From Macrostomum lignano (taxonomy: Eukaryota), in contig NIVC01002748.1 of assembly GCA_002269645.1 (NCBI GenBank), positions 1-64,000 of the forward strand: DNA of 64,000 nucleotides, read 5' to 3'. The position numbers and the translations under genes were made by a program. Below, in pieces: positions 9,262-21,200 of the stretch. The stretch's first letter is position 1. Each line of letters starts with the position of its first letter. The notes beneath the pieces are model-generated. The model worked only from the letters and a program-made list of their open reading frames with translations. It did no database searches and had not been told where the DNA came from.

Positions 9262-12200
9262 ATGTCTGATCACGGCAGCGCCACCATGCAGTCGTCCACT
9301 CTGCCCCTCGATGGCCGGGGTGCCACTGGTCGGAATGCCGAGTTCGAGAGCACAATGTCCAAGAAGGACTATTATACCCTGCGGGACAAGGGCGTGCCGT
9401 TCTATCAGTCCGGCACTATGCAGTCGCAGCAGTCCTACAACACGGCCAGCCGGCCGGCCAAGCCCTCCGGCAAGCTGAAGCCCATCGAGGTGGTGATGCT
9501 GGACGGCTCGGTGCACACATTCGATGTTGATGTGAGTGTCCAGTTTATCTCTAGGGGACAAGATATAGAAGTATAATCTCGTGTTTTGTCCGAGCTGCGC
9601 TCACAAGTTTATCAAGCTGCTTTTTCATTAACTGCTGCCGGAGACCGGCAAGCAAGCAAAGTTGCGGCGAAATTGCAGCTGCTCCTGTCTCTGCAGTGTT
9701 TTTTCTGGACGGATTTGTCTATGGCCAAACCCCAGTTAGCGCTGTGCAAAAGAGCCATTAATTGAAAAATCCGTTTAGAAAATCCAAATTTGCTTTGAAC
9801 GTAGTCACTCTCCAATAATGAACTCCAGAAGGTGAGATTTGTCAATTTAGTTCCTAATAATAATATTAATGAATTACACACCTTACACTGAAGGCTGCTG
9901 AAGGCTGTTTACAACTGCTCAGTCCAAGGACTGGGGTCGCCACACACAGCCTCAATTACCCCAGCTAATGCTGGCACCCATTTTACAGCTGGCTGAACTG
10001 AAGCAATGCAGAGTTAAGAGTCTTGCTCACTGACACAAATGTTCCAAGTGGGTCGGGAATCGAACCCGCGACGTTTCAGTCGTGAGTCCGACGCTCTGAC
10101 CACTGGGCTACAAGCCTAAGAAATAAAAATTCCATTTTCTCTAGTGTCATTTCTAAAGTAAAATTTGAGACCAGAACTGAGCAAAACTATATTCTGCTTT
10201 TGTTTTGTATTTTTTAAAGTGGTCTTTTATTTTATAAGAATCTAATCTTCTAATTTTCATATGTCTAGCAATAATTTCTCATTTATTTTGGTGCAATAAA
10301 ATAAAATAGCTAATAAAATAGCTAATCTTTGGGTTGCTATGCGGGGCTGATAATGCGCAGTTACAGAATAATCTGTCTGGGCTTAAGTCGCATATTTCAG
10401 CATTAAAATCTGTCCAGTTTTTCACATAGTCCAACTGCATGTAAATCTAGGAATGGAAATTGTTATACTTTACTCCCAATGTTCAAAGATTCCTTGCTTA
10501 TTTTAAACAACGCAGTTCCGCGTTCAATTAAACTACATGATACTTATTTAGCTCCAGACGCCGATATGTAGCGTTAGTAACTTTATAAAGCAAAAAATGT
10601 ACAAGGATATATTTTATGCAATTGGTAATTTTATTATTTTTCCTCTATTTTCCCACTCAACACAGCCCAATGGCAAGCCAACGGATCTGTTTGACGAGGT
10701 CTGCGTGGCGCTGGGCCTTCACGAGAAGGAGTACTTCGGCCTGTGCTTCCGCGACTCCAGCCAGATGTTTGTGAGTGCATTTAACACTTAAATTAGAGTG
10801 TGCCTTTAATTGAACTAGCTCAGCAGTCTATAGATCTTGAGACCCTTGACTCAGAGATCGCTCTAGTAGGCATCTAGTCTATGTCCATGTAGCCACTGAT
10901 ATTAGATCTATAGACGAAAAAGAATCTAGGGATTCTGGTTAGACTAAAACCCTGAAATTTTAGAAAGTGCCTAAATAGTCTTGAAATTATCTGATAGCCC
11001 TAGGAGTTATCTAGAATTCGTATAGAGGCTTTATAATTAATCTAGAGGCTTCGGAATCCATCTAGAGGCTTTAAAATCCATCTAGAGGCTTTTGAATTCA
11101 TCTATAGTCTTTAGAATTCATCTATGGTCTTTATAATTAATCTATAGTCTTTATAATTTACCTAGAGGCTTTAAAATCCATCTATACTCTTTTTTAGAAT
11201 ACATCTAGAGGCTTCGGAATCCATCTGTAGTCTTTAGAATACATCTAGAGGCTTCGGAATCCATCTGTAGTCTTTAGAATACATCTAGAGGCTTCGGAAT
11301 CCATCTGTAGTCTTTAGAATACATCTATATAGTCTTTAGAATCCATCTAGAGTCTTTAGAATCCATCTAGAGTCTTCAGAATCCATCTAGAGTCTTTAGA
11401 ATGCATCTATATAGTCTTTAGAATCCATCTAGAGTCTTTAGAATCCATCTAGAGTCTTCAGAATCCATCTAGAGTCTTTAGAATGCATCTATATAGTCTT
11501 TAGAATCCATCTAGAGTCTTTAGAATCCATCTAGAGTCTTTAGAATTCATCTCGAGAATTTAGAAACCATCTAGAGAAAAGGTTCGTTGCAATTTTATCG
11601 ATAGACTGACTGTAGGATCTATCAAGATATTCTGGGATACATTTAGTGACTCAGATCAACTAGAGATGATAGAATCTATAGACGTAAATCATCATAACCA
11701 TCAGATTCCATAAATCATCTGTAGTCTCTAGAGGCTAAACTATAGACTCAGGTATCCCTCTATAGACTTGAGAAACTATTAGGCTCTAGGGTATCGATCT
11801 ATGCATTGTAGAGTCTGTCTAACAGGTTTGCACCAAAACTGCATTTGTTTCAGTTCTGGCTTAATAACGAAAAGAAGCTCGGCAAGCAGATTGGCAGTGA
11901 GTTGGTTGATTGATTATTTTGTTTTATTTAATTCGACGCTCCTTATAGAAAGACAGCAACAAATTTAGCTATATATATATATAGAATAGAGCGGTCTGAA
12001 AGCGTCTCAGCATGCAGTTTATGACTCCTGCTGCCTGCTTCTCTGCCGCCGGTTTTGCGCGCGCAAAGCAAGAGCGGAGCTAACAAAACACGCCGATAGC
12101 ATAACAGAGAGTAAGTAATGAATTAGAGTAAGGAGAGCGAGGAGGGGTGTACATTTAATCTGGCGTCGTGTCTCATATTAAACTGCTTCTTTCGTCTCTC

Positions 12201-15200
12201 CTTTCGGGTTGCGCCCGCTTCACGCATAGTGGGTGTCTCGTCTCCTGTTATCTCTCTGCTTTGAGCAAACTAATGGTTTCGGGTTATTGCATATACAGAG
12301 CCAAGCTATGCTAATGCTAGACTATGGGTGCCTTATACTATGTACAAGCAATGCTCGTAAACCTGCCCCCCCCATGTCTAAGATACCGCAGAGCTGATTC
12401 TTAGAAATTCTGAACAGCTATTATAAAATGCCCTTCCGTCCGACTGGAGGTGACAGCGGGCTTGTGCTTATCAGTTGATATCCTGTCGTTGTTTTGATTG
12501 TTAAAATTACGATCGTAGGTCGAGTATAACAAAACAGCTCGATTGGTGTGAAGAATTCAATTTTTTTAGTGATAAGATTTTTGTTTGTTATAAATTCGCC
12601 CCTGTTAATAAAAAATTTCCGTAAACAAAGAATTCATATAACATTTGCTCAGGTGTTTTCCCTCTGTCAATCTTTGGTCTAGCTGCTATACAAATAGCCT
12701 AGCGTTATAATAGATAGATCGCTATAGTTATAATTATATAAAAATCTACAATACTTCAGACTAATGCACATTTCTATTGTAACATAAGGCTTGACTTGGG
12801 CTGGTATATTCTTCTCTGTTTGTAGCCTGAGGGTCCGCCTCTCTCTCTCCTCTCACTCTCTGGAAACTCACTCTGCAATAGCATTTTAGCAGCTAGCCTG
12901 TCCGATTAAGAGAGACTGGCCACACTTGATTGCACACTCCATTGCACACTCCGTTGCACACTCCATTGCACACTCTGCCCAACCCCCATCTATGGCTCTC
13001 CTGACCCTTGGGTCCTTCTTTTCTCTTCTCTGCCTCTCTCGCAGACTTTGGATTGGTGTTTTTGCAATGCTGCACACACGCACACACACAAGCATGAAGT
13101 TGCAGCAGCAGCAGCAGCAACAACTCTGCTTCAAGTTCGAACCGAGTAGTTTCGCCCGCCCATGTTTACTATTAATAGATATATTTTAGAATTTGCAGCT
13201 CCCTCTTTTGCTAACAGCCTAATTGTTGTTGTCGTTTTTTCATATTTGTTATCACTAAATGCTAGGGTTCGAATAACAGAGTTGGCTGACTCTGGAGTGC
13301 TGAGGGTCGAAGGACAGGAACTGTTCCTTCATCATTGCCAACAGTTCCTTCATCATTATCAACTGTTCCTTCATCATTGCCAACTGTTCCTTCATCATTA
13401 TCAACTGTTCATTCATCATTGCCAACTGTTCATTCATCATTGCCAACTGTTCATTCATCATTGCCAACTGTTCATTCATCATTGCCAACTGTTCATTCAT
13501 CATTGCCAACTGTTCATTCATCATTGCCAACTGTTCATTCATCATTGCCAACTGTTCATTCATCATTGCCAACTGTTCATTCATCATTGCCAACTGTTCA
13601 TTCATCATTATCAACTGTTCATTCATCATTGCCAACAGTTCATTCATCATTATCAACAGTTCCTTCATCATTATCAACAGTTCCTTCATCATTATCAACT
13701 GTTCATTCATCATTATCAACTGTTCATTCATCATTGCCAACTGTTCATTCATCATTGCCAACTGTTCATTCATCATTGCCAACTGTTCATTCATCATTGC
13801 CAACTGTTCATTCATCATTGCCAACTGTTCATTCATCATTGCCAACTGTTCATTCATCATTGCCAACTGTTCATTCATCATTATCAACTGTTCATTCATC
13901 ATTGCCAACGGTTCATTCATCATTGCCAACTGTTCATTCATCATTGCCAACTGTTCATTCATCATTGCCAACTGTTCATTCATCATTATCAACGGTTCAT
14001 TCATCATTGCCAACTGTTCATTCATCATTGCCAACTGTTCATTCATCATTATCAACTGTTCATTCATCATTGCCAACGGTTCATTCATCATTGCCAACTG
14101 TTCATTCATCATTGCCAACTGTTCATTCATCATTATCAACTGTTCATTCATCATTATCAACTGTTCATTCATCATTGCCAACGGTTCATTCATCATTGCC
14201 AACGGTTCATTCATCATTGCCAACTGTTCATTCATCATTGCCAACTGTTCATTCATCATTATCAACTGTTCATTCATCATTGCCAACGGTTCATTCATCA
14301 TTGCCAACTGTTCATTCATCATTGCCAACTGTTCATTCATCATTATCAACGGTTCATTCATCATTGCCAACTGTTCATTCATCATTATCAACGGTTCATT
14401 CATCATTGCCAACTGTTCATTTCTCATTATCAACTGTTCATTCATCATTGCCAACTGTTCATTCATCATTGCCAACTGTTCATTCATCATTGCCAACTGT
14501 TCATTCATCATTATCAATTGTTCATTCATCATTGCCAACTGTTCATTCATCATTGCCAACTGTTCATTCATCATTGCCAACTGTTCATTCATCATTGCCA
14601 ACTGTTCATTCATCATTGCCAACTGTTCATTCATCATTGCCAACTGTTCATTCATCATTGCCAACTGTTCATTCATCATTATCAACGGTTCATTCATCAT
14701 TGCCAACTGTTCATTCATCATTGCCAACTGTTCATTCATCATTATCAACGGTTCATTCATCATTGCCAACTGTTCATTCATCATTGCCAACTGTTCATTC
14801 ATCATTATCAACTGTTCATTCATCATTGCCAACTGTTCATTCATCATTGCCAACTGTTCATTCATCATTATCAACTGTTCATTCATCATTGCCAACTGTT
14901 CATTCATCATTGCCAACTGTTCATTCATCATTATCAACTGTTCATTCATCATTATCAACTGTTCATTCATCATTATCAACGGTTCATTCATCATTGCCAA
15001 CTGTTCATTCATCATTGCCAACTGTTCATTCATCATTGCCAACTGTTCATTCATCATTATCAATTGTTCATTCATCATTGCCAACTGTTCATTCATCATT
15101 ATCAATTGTTCATTCATCATTGCCAACTGTTCATTCATCATTATCAACTGTTCCTTCATCATTGCCAACTGTTCATTCATCATTATCAACTGTTCCTTCA

Positions 15201-18200
15201 TCATTGCCAACTGTTCATTCATCATTATCAACGGTTCATTCCGCATGTCAACTGTTCATTCATCATGTCAACTATTTCATTCGCAACACTTAGTGTCTCA
15301 TTCACTACACTTTTTTTCATGGCTGTTTTCAACAGATTCTTGCTTTGTATTAAGCAGATTTATTTTCCCACAATGCCATTCTAAATTCCGATTATGACTG
15401 TTCAACCATTAAGTGACGGTTACTACGAGCTAAATAGCTAAATGCAAAATAAGAAACTATTCGAGTCAGCTTCTGCGCAGTTTAGTGACAAACCCGCGGC
15501 CAGCAGAGCCCCGGCAGCCGTCGGAGCAGCTTTAGTCAACGGCCTGGCACACAGCACAAAAAAATTCTGAAGCCGTGTCTGAGAGAAGAGGCTTGATGTG
15601 TGGGGGGGGGGTATTTAGTCACTGTCTACCCCCACCGCCCTTTGTGTGCGTTCCACAAGTCGTACGCGAAGTGGTGACTAAGGCCTTGGGCGGAGGCTGC
15701 TGGCAGACATATTCAGGCTGCTTGTTGTATCTCATAATTTTGGTTTGGCTGCAGTCAGCCTTAAGCTGTCTGCTTCCACTTTCTGAATATGGGTATCATT
15801 GCTTCAGCCATGGAAAAGAAATTTCGGTAAATTGCTATCACAAGCCCCAAATTTTTATTTCAGTTAAGCATTACTGCAAGATTTTGGTAAAGAGATCACT
15901 AGGCCATGCGGTTTGCTTACATTCTCTAATAGTTGCCTGAAACAGCTAGTCAGACCGCTACAAAAGTCAGGAAACCTATAATTGAAGCATGGAACATAAG
16001 ACACACAAGCAAGGGCTTTAAATTAAAGCGTCGGTAAGGGCACTTCTTCTCCTGGCCAAATCTTATAAGCAAATCTTTGACCAAACAGTTTAGAATTTCT
16101 ATAAGTCTATTTTCGACAATTTCCACCGCTATATATGTTTCATCTGCGACCTTCGTATGCTATAGATGGCTTTATTCGAATGAGGCATGTTGCTTACTAG
16201 ACAACTTTGTTTCAAGCCTAACTGCGTACTGGAGGGGTAGTTGAAGGTGGCTGAAGTAGCACGGAGGGTATTGCTGCAGGGGCACTGAAGTAGCACGGAG
16301 GGTATTGCTGCAGGGGCACTGAAGTAGCACGGAGGGTATTGCTGCAGGGGCACTGAAGTAGCACGGAGGGTATTGCTGCAGGGGCACTGAAGAAGCACGG
16401 AGGGTATTGCTGCAGGGGCACTGAAGTAGCACGGAGGGTATTGCTGCAGGGGCACTGAAGTAGCTCAGAGGGTATTGCTGCAGGGGCACTGAAGTATCAC
16501 GGAGGGTATTGCTGCAGGGGCACTGAAGTATCACGGAAAGTATTGCTGCAGGGGCACTGAAGTATCACGGAAAGTATTGCTGCAGGGGCACTGAAGTATC
16601 ACGGAAAGTATTGCTGCAGGGGCACTGAAGTATCACGGAAAGTATTGCTGCAGGGGCACTGAAGTATCACGGAAAGTATTGCTGCAGGGGCACTGAAGTA
16701 TCACGGAGGGTAGCAGCAGGGGCACTGAAGTAGCACGGAGGGTAGCAGCAGGGGCACTGAAGTATCACGGAGGGTAGCAGCAGGACCCACGAGTTAAGAC
16801 CCACACTATGTCATCAAGCATTCCAGTTGATTCGATATCTCTTTTTCTCAAATTTGTTTCCGCCAGAGAACGAGTGGAAGCTGGAGTTCATGGTGAAGTT
16901 CTACCCGCCCGACCCGGAGAATCTGCGGGAGAATCTCACCCGCTACTACATGGCGCTGCAGATTCGGCAGAACCTCATGGCCGAGCTGCTGCCTTGCAGT
17001 TTCATCACCTACATCATCCTGGGCAGCTACGTGCTGCAGTCTGAAGTTGGCGATTTCGATCCGTTGGACGAGAAGATGAACTCGCTGATGTACTTGAATG
17101 TAAGTCTGTAAGCGCAGAGCTGACGATGAGAAAGTCAGGGCTCGCTTGATTGACTTTTTATCGAATTGCTACAGCTCATGTAGTACCTCGACATGTCAAT
17201 AAACAAAGGCTCAATAAGGATCTAGAACAGGGGTCAGGTAGAGAACATAGCGGATGACTGCGGGACAGAGATTTGAGAGAAGACAGCTGAGAAGAGACAC
17301 AAACCCTGGGCAGACCGGATTGCTATCGTGAAGTTTCCGAGGACCCAATGGCCGGATAGAGAGGCTTCGCCAACCCCTGATCTAGAATATCCCCATTTAT
17401 CCGGTATTATCCCTCTCAAGATGGAAAGAGTTGGCAATTGATTTTCCTAGTTTAAACTTCGCCGCCCAGGACTGCCCGTTCTGTCCGGAGGAGTACCGAA
17501 ACAACGCCGAGCTGGCCGAGCGAGTCAGCGAGCTGCACCGCACGCACCAGCGCATGACTCCGGAGGAGGCCGACCTGCACTTCCTGCGGAACGCCAAGAA
17601 GCTCGCCATGTACGGCGTCGATTTGCACGAGTCTAAGGACGCCTCTGGCGAGGAGGTCCTCCTTGGAGTTTACCACGGCGGCGTTCTGGTGTACCGCAAC
17701 AACCTCCGGATTAACCGCTTCTCCTGGCCGAAGATTCTCAAAGTGTCCTACAAGGGCAGCACGCTCAAGGTGTCGATTCGCACCGGGGATAACGAGCGCG
17801 ACCCCAAGTCGGAGACTCTGTTTGAGTTCAAGTGCGCCTCATCGAAGCTGGCTAAGCGACTCTGGCGGGCTGTGGTTGAGCATCACGGATTCTTCAGGTT
17901 AGCTTATTGTGCTCATGAACACAAGTTCCTACTAGTCTATTTATATCACTCTTTTTTAGAAACAATTCAATTATTGATTTAATCTTCTAATAGTATTTTT
18001 GTTTTCGAGTTGAAAACGCATTTAACCTACTTATAGTAAGCAAGTAGCAAATAATGTTAGCAAAATTGAATGATCTTCAGATTGAAGTCCGCCGAGAAAC
18101 CGCAGAAGCCGCACATTCCCGGCACCTTCAAGGGCAAGTGGGGCACCGGCATCCGGGACTCGCAGAACGACCAGTCGGGCGCCTACCAGGAGGTGCAAGT

Positions 18201-21200
18201 TACCCCTGACATGCGCAAGAGCTTCAAGAAGAAGGGTACGCATTGCTGCTTTTGCCGATGTTCATATCTGTCGCATTTTCAGCTCCTACGCTGACCATCA
18301 AGCAAATACATGGTAATCTTTCTGACAAGGCAGCTACTTTTAGAGTTGGATTGGCAGAGCATCAGAGCCGGGGTGTCAGAGAGCTAGAGTGTCAGAGAGC
18401 CAGGGTGCCAGGGAGCCAGGGTGTCAGGGAGCCAGGGTGTCAGAGAGCCAGGGTGTCAGAGAGCCAGGGTGTCAGGGAGCCAGGGTGTCAGAGCCAGGGT
18501 GTCAGAGCCAGGGTGCCAGGGAGCCAGGGTATCAAAGAGCCAGGGTGTCAGAGAGCCAGGGTGCCAGGGAGCCAGAGTGTCAGGGAGCCAGGGTGTCAGA
18601 GAGCCAGGGTGTCAGAGAGCCAGGGTGTCAGAGAGCCAGGGTGTCAGAGAGCCAGGGTGTCAGAGAGCCAGAGTGTCAGAGAGCCAGGGTGTCAGAGAGC
18701 CAGGGTGTCAGAGCCAGGGTGTCAGAGCCAGGGTGTCAGAGAGCCAGGGTGTCAGAGAGCCAGGGTGTCAGGGAGCCAGGGTGTCAGAGAGCCAGGGTGT
18801 CAGAAAGCTAGAGTGTCAGAGAGCCAGGGTGCCAGGGAGCCAGGGTATCAAAGAGCCAGGGTGTCAGAGCCAGGGTGTCAAAGAGCCAGGGTGTCAGAGC
18901 CAGGGTGTCAGAGCCAGGGTGTCAGAGCCAGGGTGTCAAAGAGCCAGGGTGTCAGAGCCAGGGTGTCAGAGAGCCAGGGTGTCAGAGAGCCAGGGTGTCA
19001 GAGCCAGGGTGTCAGAGCCAGGGTGTCAAAGAGCCAGGGTGTCAAAGAGCCAGGGTGTCAGAGCCAGGGTGTCAGAGCCAGGGTGTCAAAGAGCCAGGGT
19101 GTCAGAGCCAGGGTGTCAGAGCCAGGGTGTCAAAGAGCCAGGGTGTCAGAGCCAGGGTGTCAGAGAGCCAGGGTGTCAGAGAGCCAGGATGTCAGAGAGC
19201 CAGGGTGTCAGAGAGCCAGGGTGTCAGAGCCAGGGTGTCAGAGCCAGGGTGTCAGAGCCAGGGTGTCAGAGCCAGGGTGTCAAAGAGCCAGGGTGTCAGA
19301 GCCAGGGTGTCAGAGCCAGGGTGTCAGAGAGCCAGGGTGTCAGAGCCAGGGTGTCAGAGCCAGGGTGTCAGAGCCAGGGTGTCAAAGAGCCAGGGTGTCA
19401 GAGCCAGGGTGTCAGAGCCAGGGTGTCAGAGAGCCAGGGTGTCAGAGAGCCAGGGTGTCAGCCATCAGCACTATGCAAATAGTCTAATTCTAGTAACTAA
19501 CAAGTAATTTCTAAATAGCATGTGTAACGTTAAAAGCATCGATTTAAAAAGTTCTTTACGTACTTTAAAAGCACTATTTATTAATTAACTTTGATCAGCA
19601 GGCCCAGTGAATCGCTGGCACATCCACACAATTGTACTATTATTATTGCAATGCACTTTTAATTTCACTGCAGGCGGCCCTACAAAAGCTAAAGTAGACG
19701 AAGGATTCGACGGTCTGTTGATAGTTTTTAATTTAAAAAACTTGTAGAATATATTTGTAATATATTTGGATATTGCTAACCAATGCCTAACTCTGGTACT
19801 TTAATGTTTTTTTCTGTCTAACACACTCGCAATGGCGGTGTGGCATAATATCAATTTGGGCAATACAATTCAAGCCAGTAGTGCGAACGTCTGGACTGTT
19901 TAGTCCAGATGCTCTGTTCAAAGGTCTATGATTCTAAAAAAAGGAGAAATAGAAGTACAAACTGGTCACTTTAATTGTCATTTAAATATTTGATGTGGCA
20001 TGAATTTAACTGCTATAATATTAAGATCTGCTTGCTTCAGTAGACGAATAAATTATTAATGCCCATTGAAATTTTTTACGATAGAAGCATACGAATATTC
20101 CACAGCCTGCTATTTGTGCGATGAATTCTTTGTAAGAAACGCTTGACTGCCGTGCTTATAATTTTCAGCTTAGGCGACTACGCTATTACAAATCCGATTG
20201 ATGCACTTTTCAGCCTGTGATTCTCTGCAATATATCAAGCAGTTTAGTAAGGGAGGGGTCGATTGAGGTCACACAGTGCGGGACTGTGGAGAACAGGGGT
20301 CGATTGAGGTCACACAGTGCGGGACTGAGGAGAACAGGGGTCGATTGAGGTCACACAAATGCGGGACTGAGGAGAACAGGGATCGATTGAGGTCACACAA
20401 GTGCGGGACTGAGGAGAACAGGGGTCGATTGAGGTCACACAAGTGCGGGACGCAAAGGGTTTAACTAAGGTCACGTAGTGCGGAATGGACCAAAAGAAAA
20501 ACGAAAAGGTCAGCCAAGGTCAACTCGGTGCGAAATCTTTAAGAGAGAAAGGTCAATCAGTTCGGCGTTCGGATATCCGGGGACTAATGAATGAGCTTTA
20601 GTTTAACTGTCTCAAACAGTTTCTATTAAAATTGTTAAAACAAAATCAAAACATTTTCAAATCATCATTCGCGCAGACGACGCCTACAACCGTGAGGCTC
20701 GAACGGGCGCCGGCGGCGCTGGCACCTCGGGCTTGACCAACGACGACACCTACGCGATGTCCAACCGACAGGGCGCCGGCATGGGCGCGCCGCTGCTGCC
20801 GCCGGTGAACCGACGAGAGCAGTACGACCGCCGGCCCGAGCTGGACGTTGACAGACCGATTCGCTGGCAGATGAATCCATCAGACGCCGACCCCTACCTG
20901 GCCGCTGGCATGGACCCCGTGCGCTGCGCCGGCGCCTGCCCGGCCGGGGTTCGCGACTGGCAGGGCTGCCGGGCGGACCGCGGCATCCGGGCCTCGGCTG
21001 GCGGCAAGTGGTACTACGAGACCGCTGTGCGGGGAGACGGGCCCTCCGACCAGCCGGTGGAGGCGCGGGTCGGCTGGGCGGACGGCAACGCCGATCTCAA
21101 CCTCGGACGGGTGAGACGAGCAGCCAGGATGGGATGAGAGGAACCAATTAGGGGACTACAAGGGTGTGGAGGGATGTACTCGTAGATAGGAGCGGAGAGG

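Noticed and set aside
10040-10114. Possible tRNA gene (A and B boxes on minus strand); similarly 37160-37222
   Set aside because: Anticodon and acceptor stems do not pair and the sequence continues into a repeated SINE body.
13162-15384. 740, 663 and 652-aa ORFs (FIHHCQL, MMNEQLA, VHSSLPT repeats)
   Set aside because: Translations of a stop-free 21-bp intronic minisatellite, with no unique coding sequence or splice context.
17451-17469. Acceptor at ctag|17451 for FERM exon 5
   Set aside because: Wrong phase; cag|17470 gives YLN-DCPFCP, in frame and aligned with the 4.1 consensus.
18243-19507. Overlapping ORFs rich in [14 protein letters not shown]
   Set aside because: Artefacts of the 14/16-bp array in FERM intron 6.
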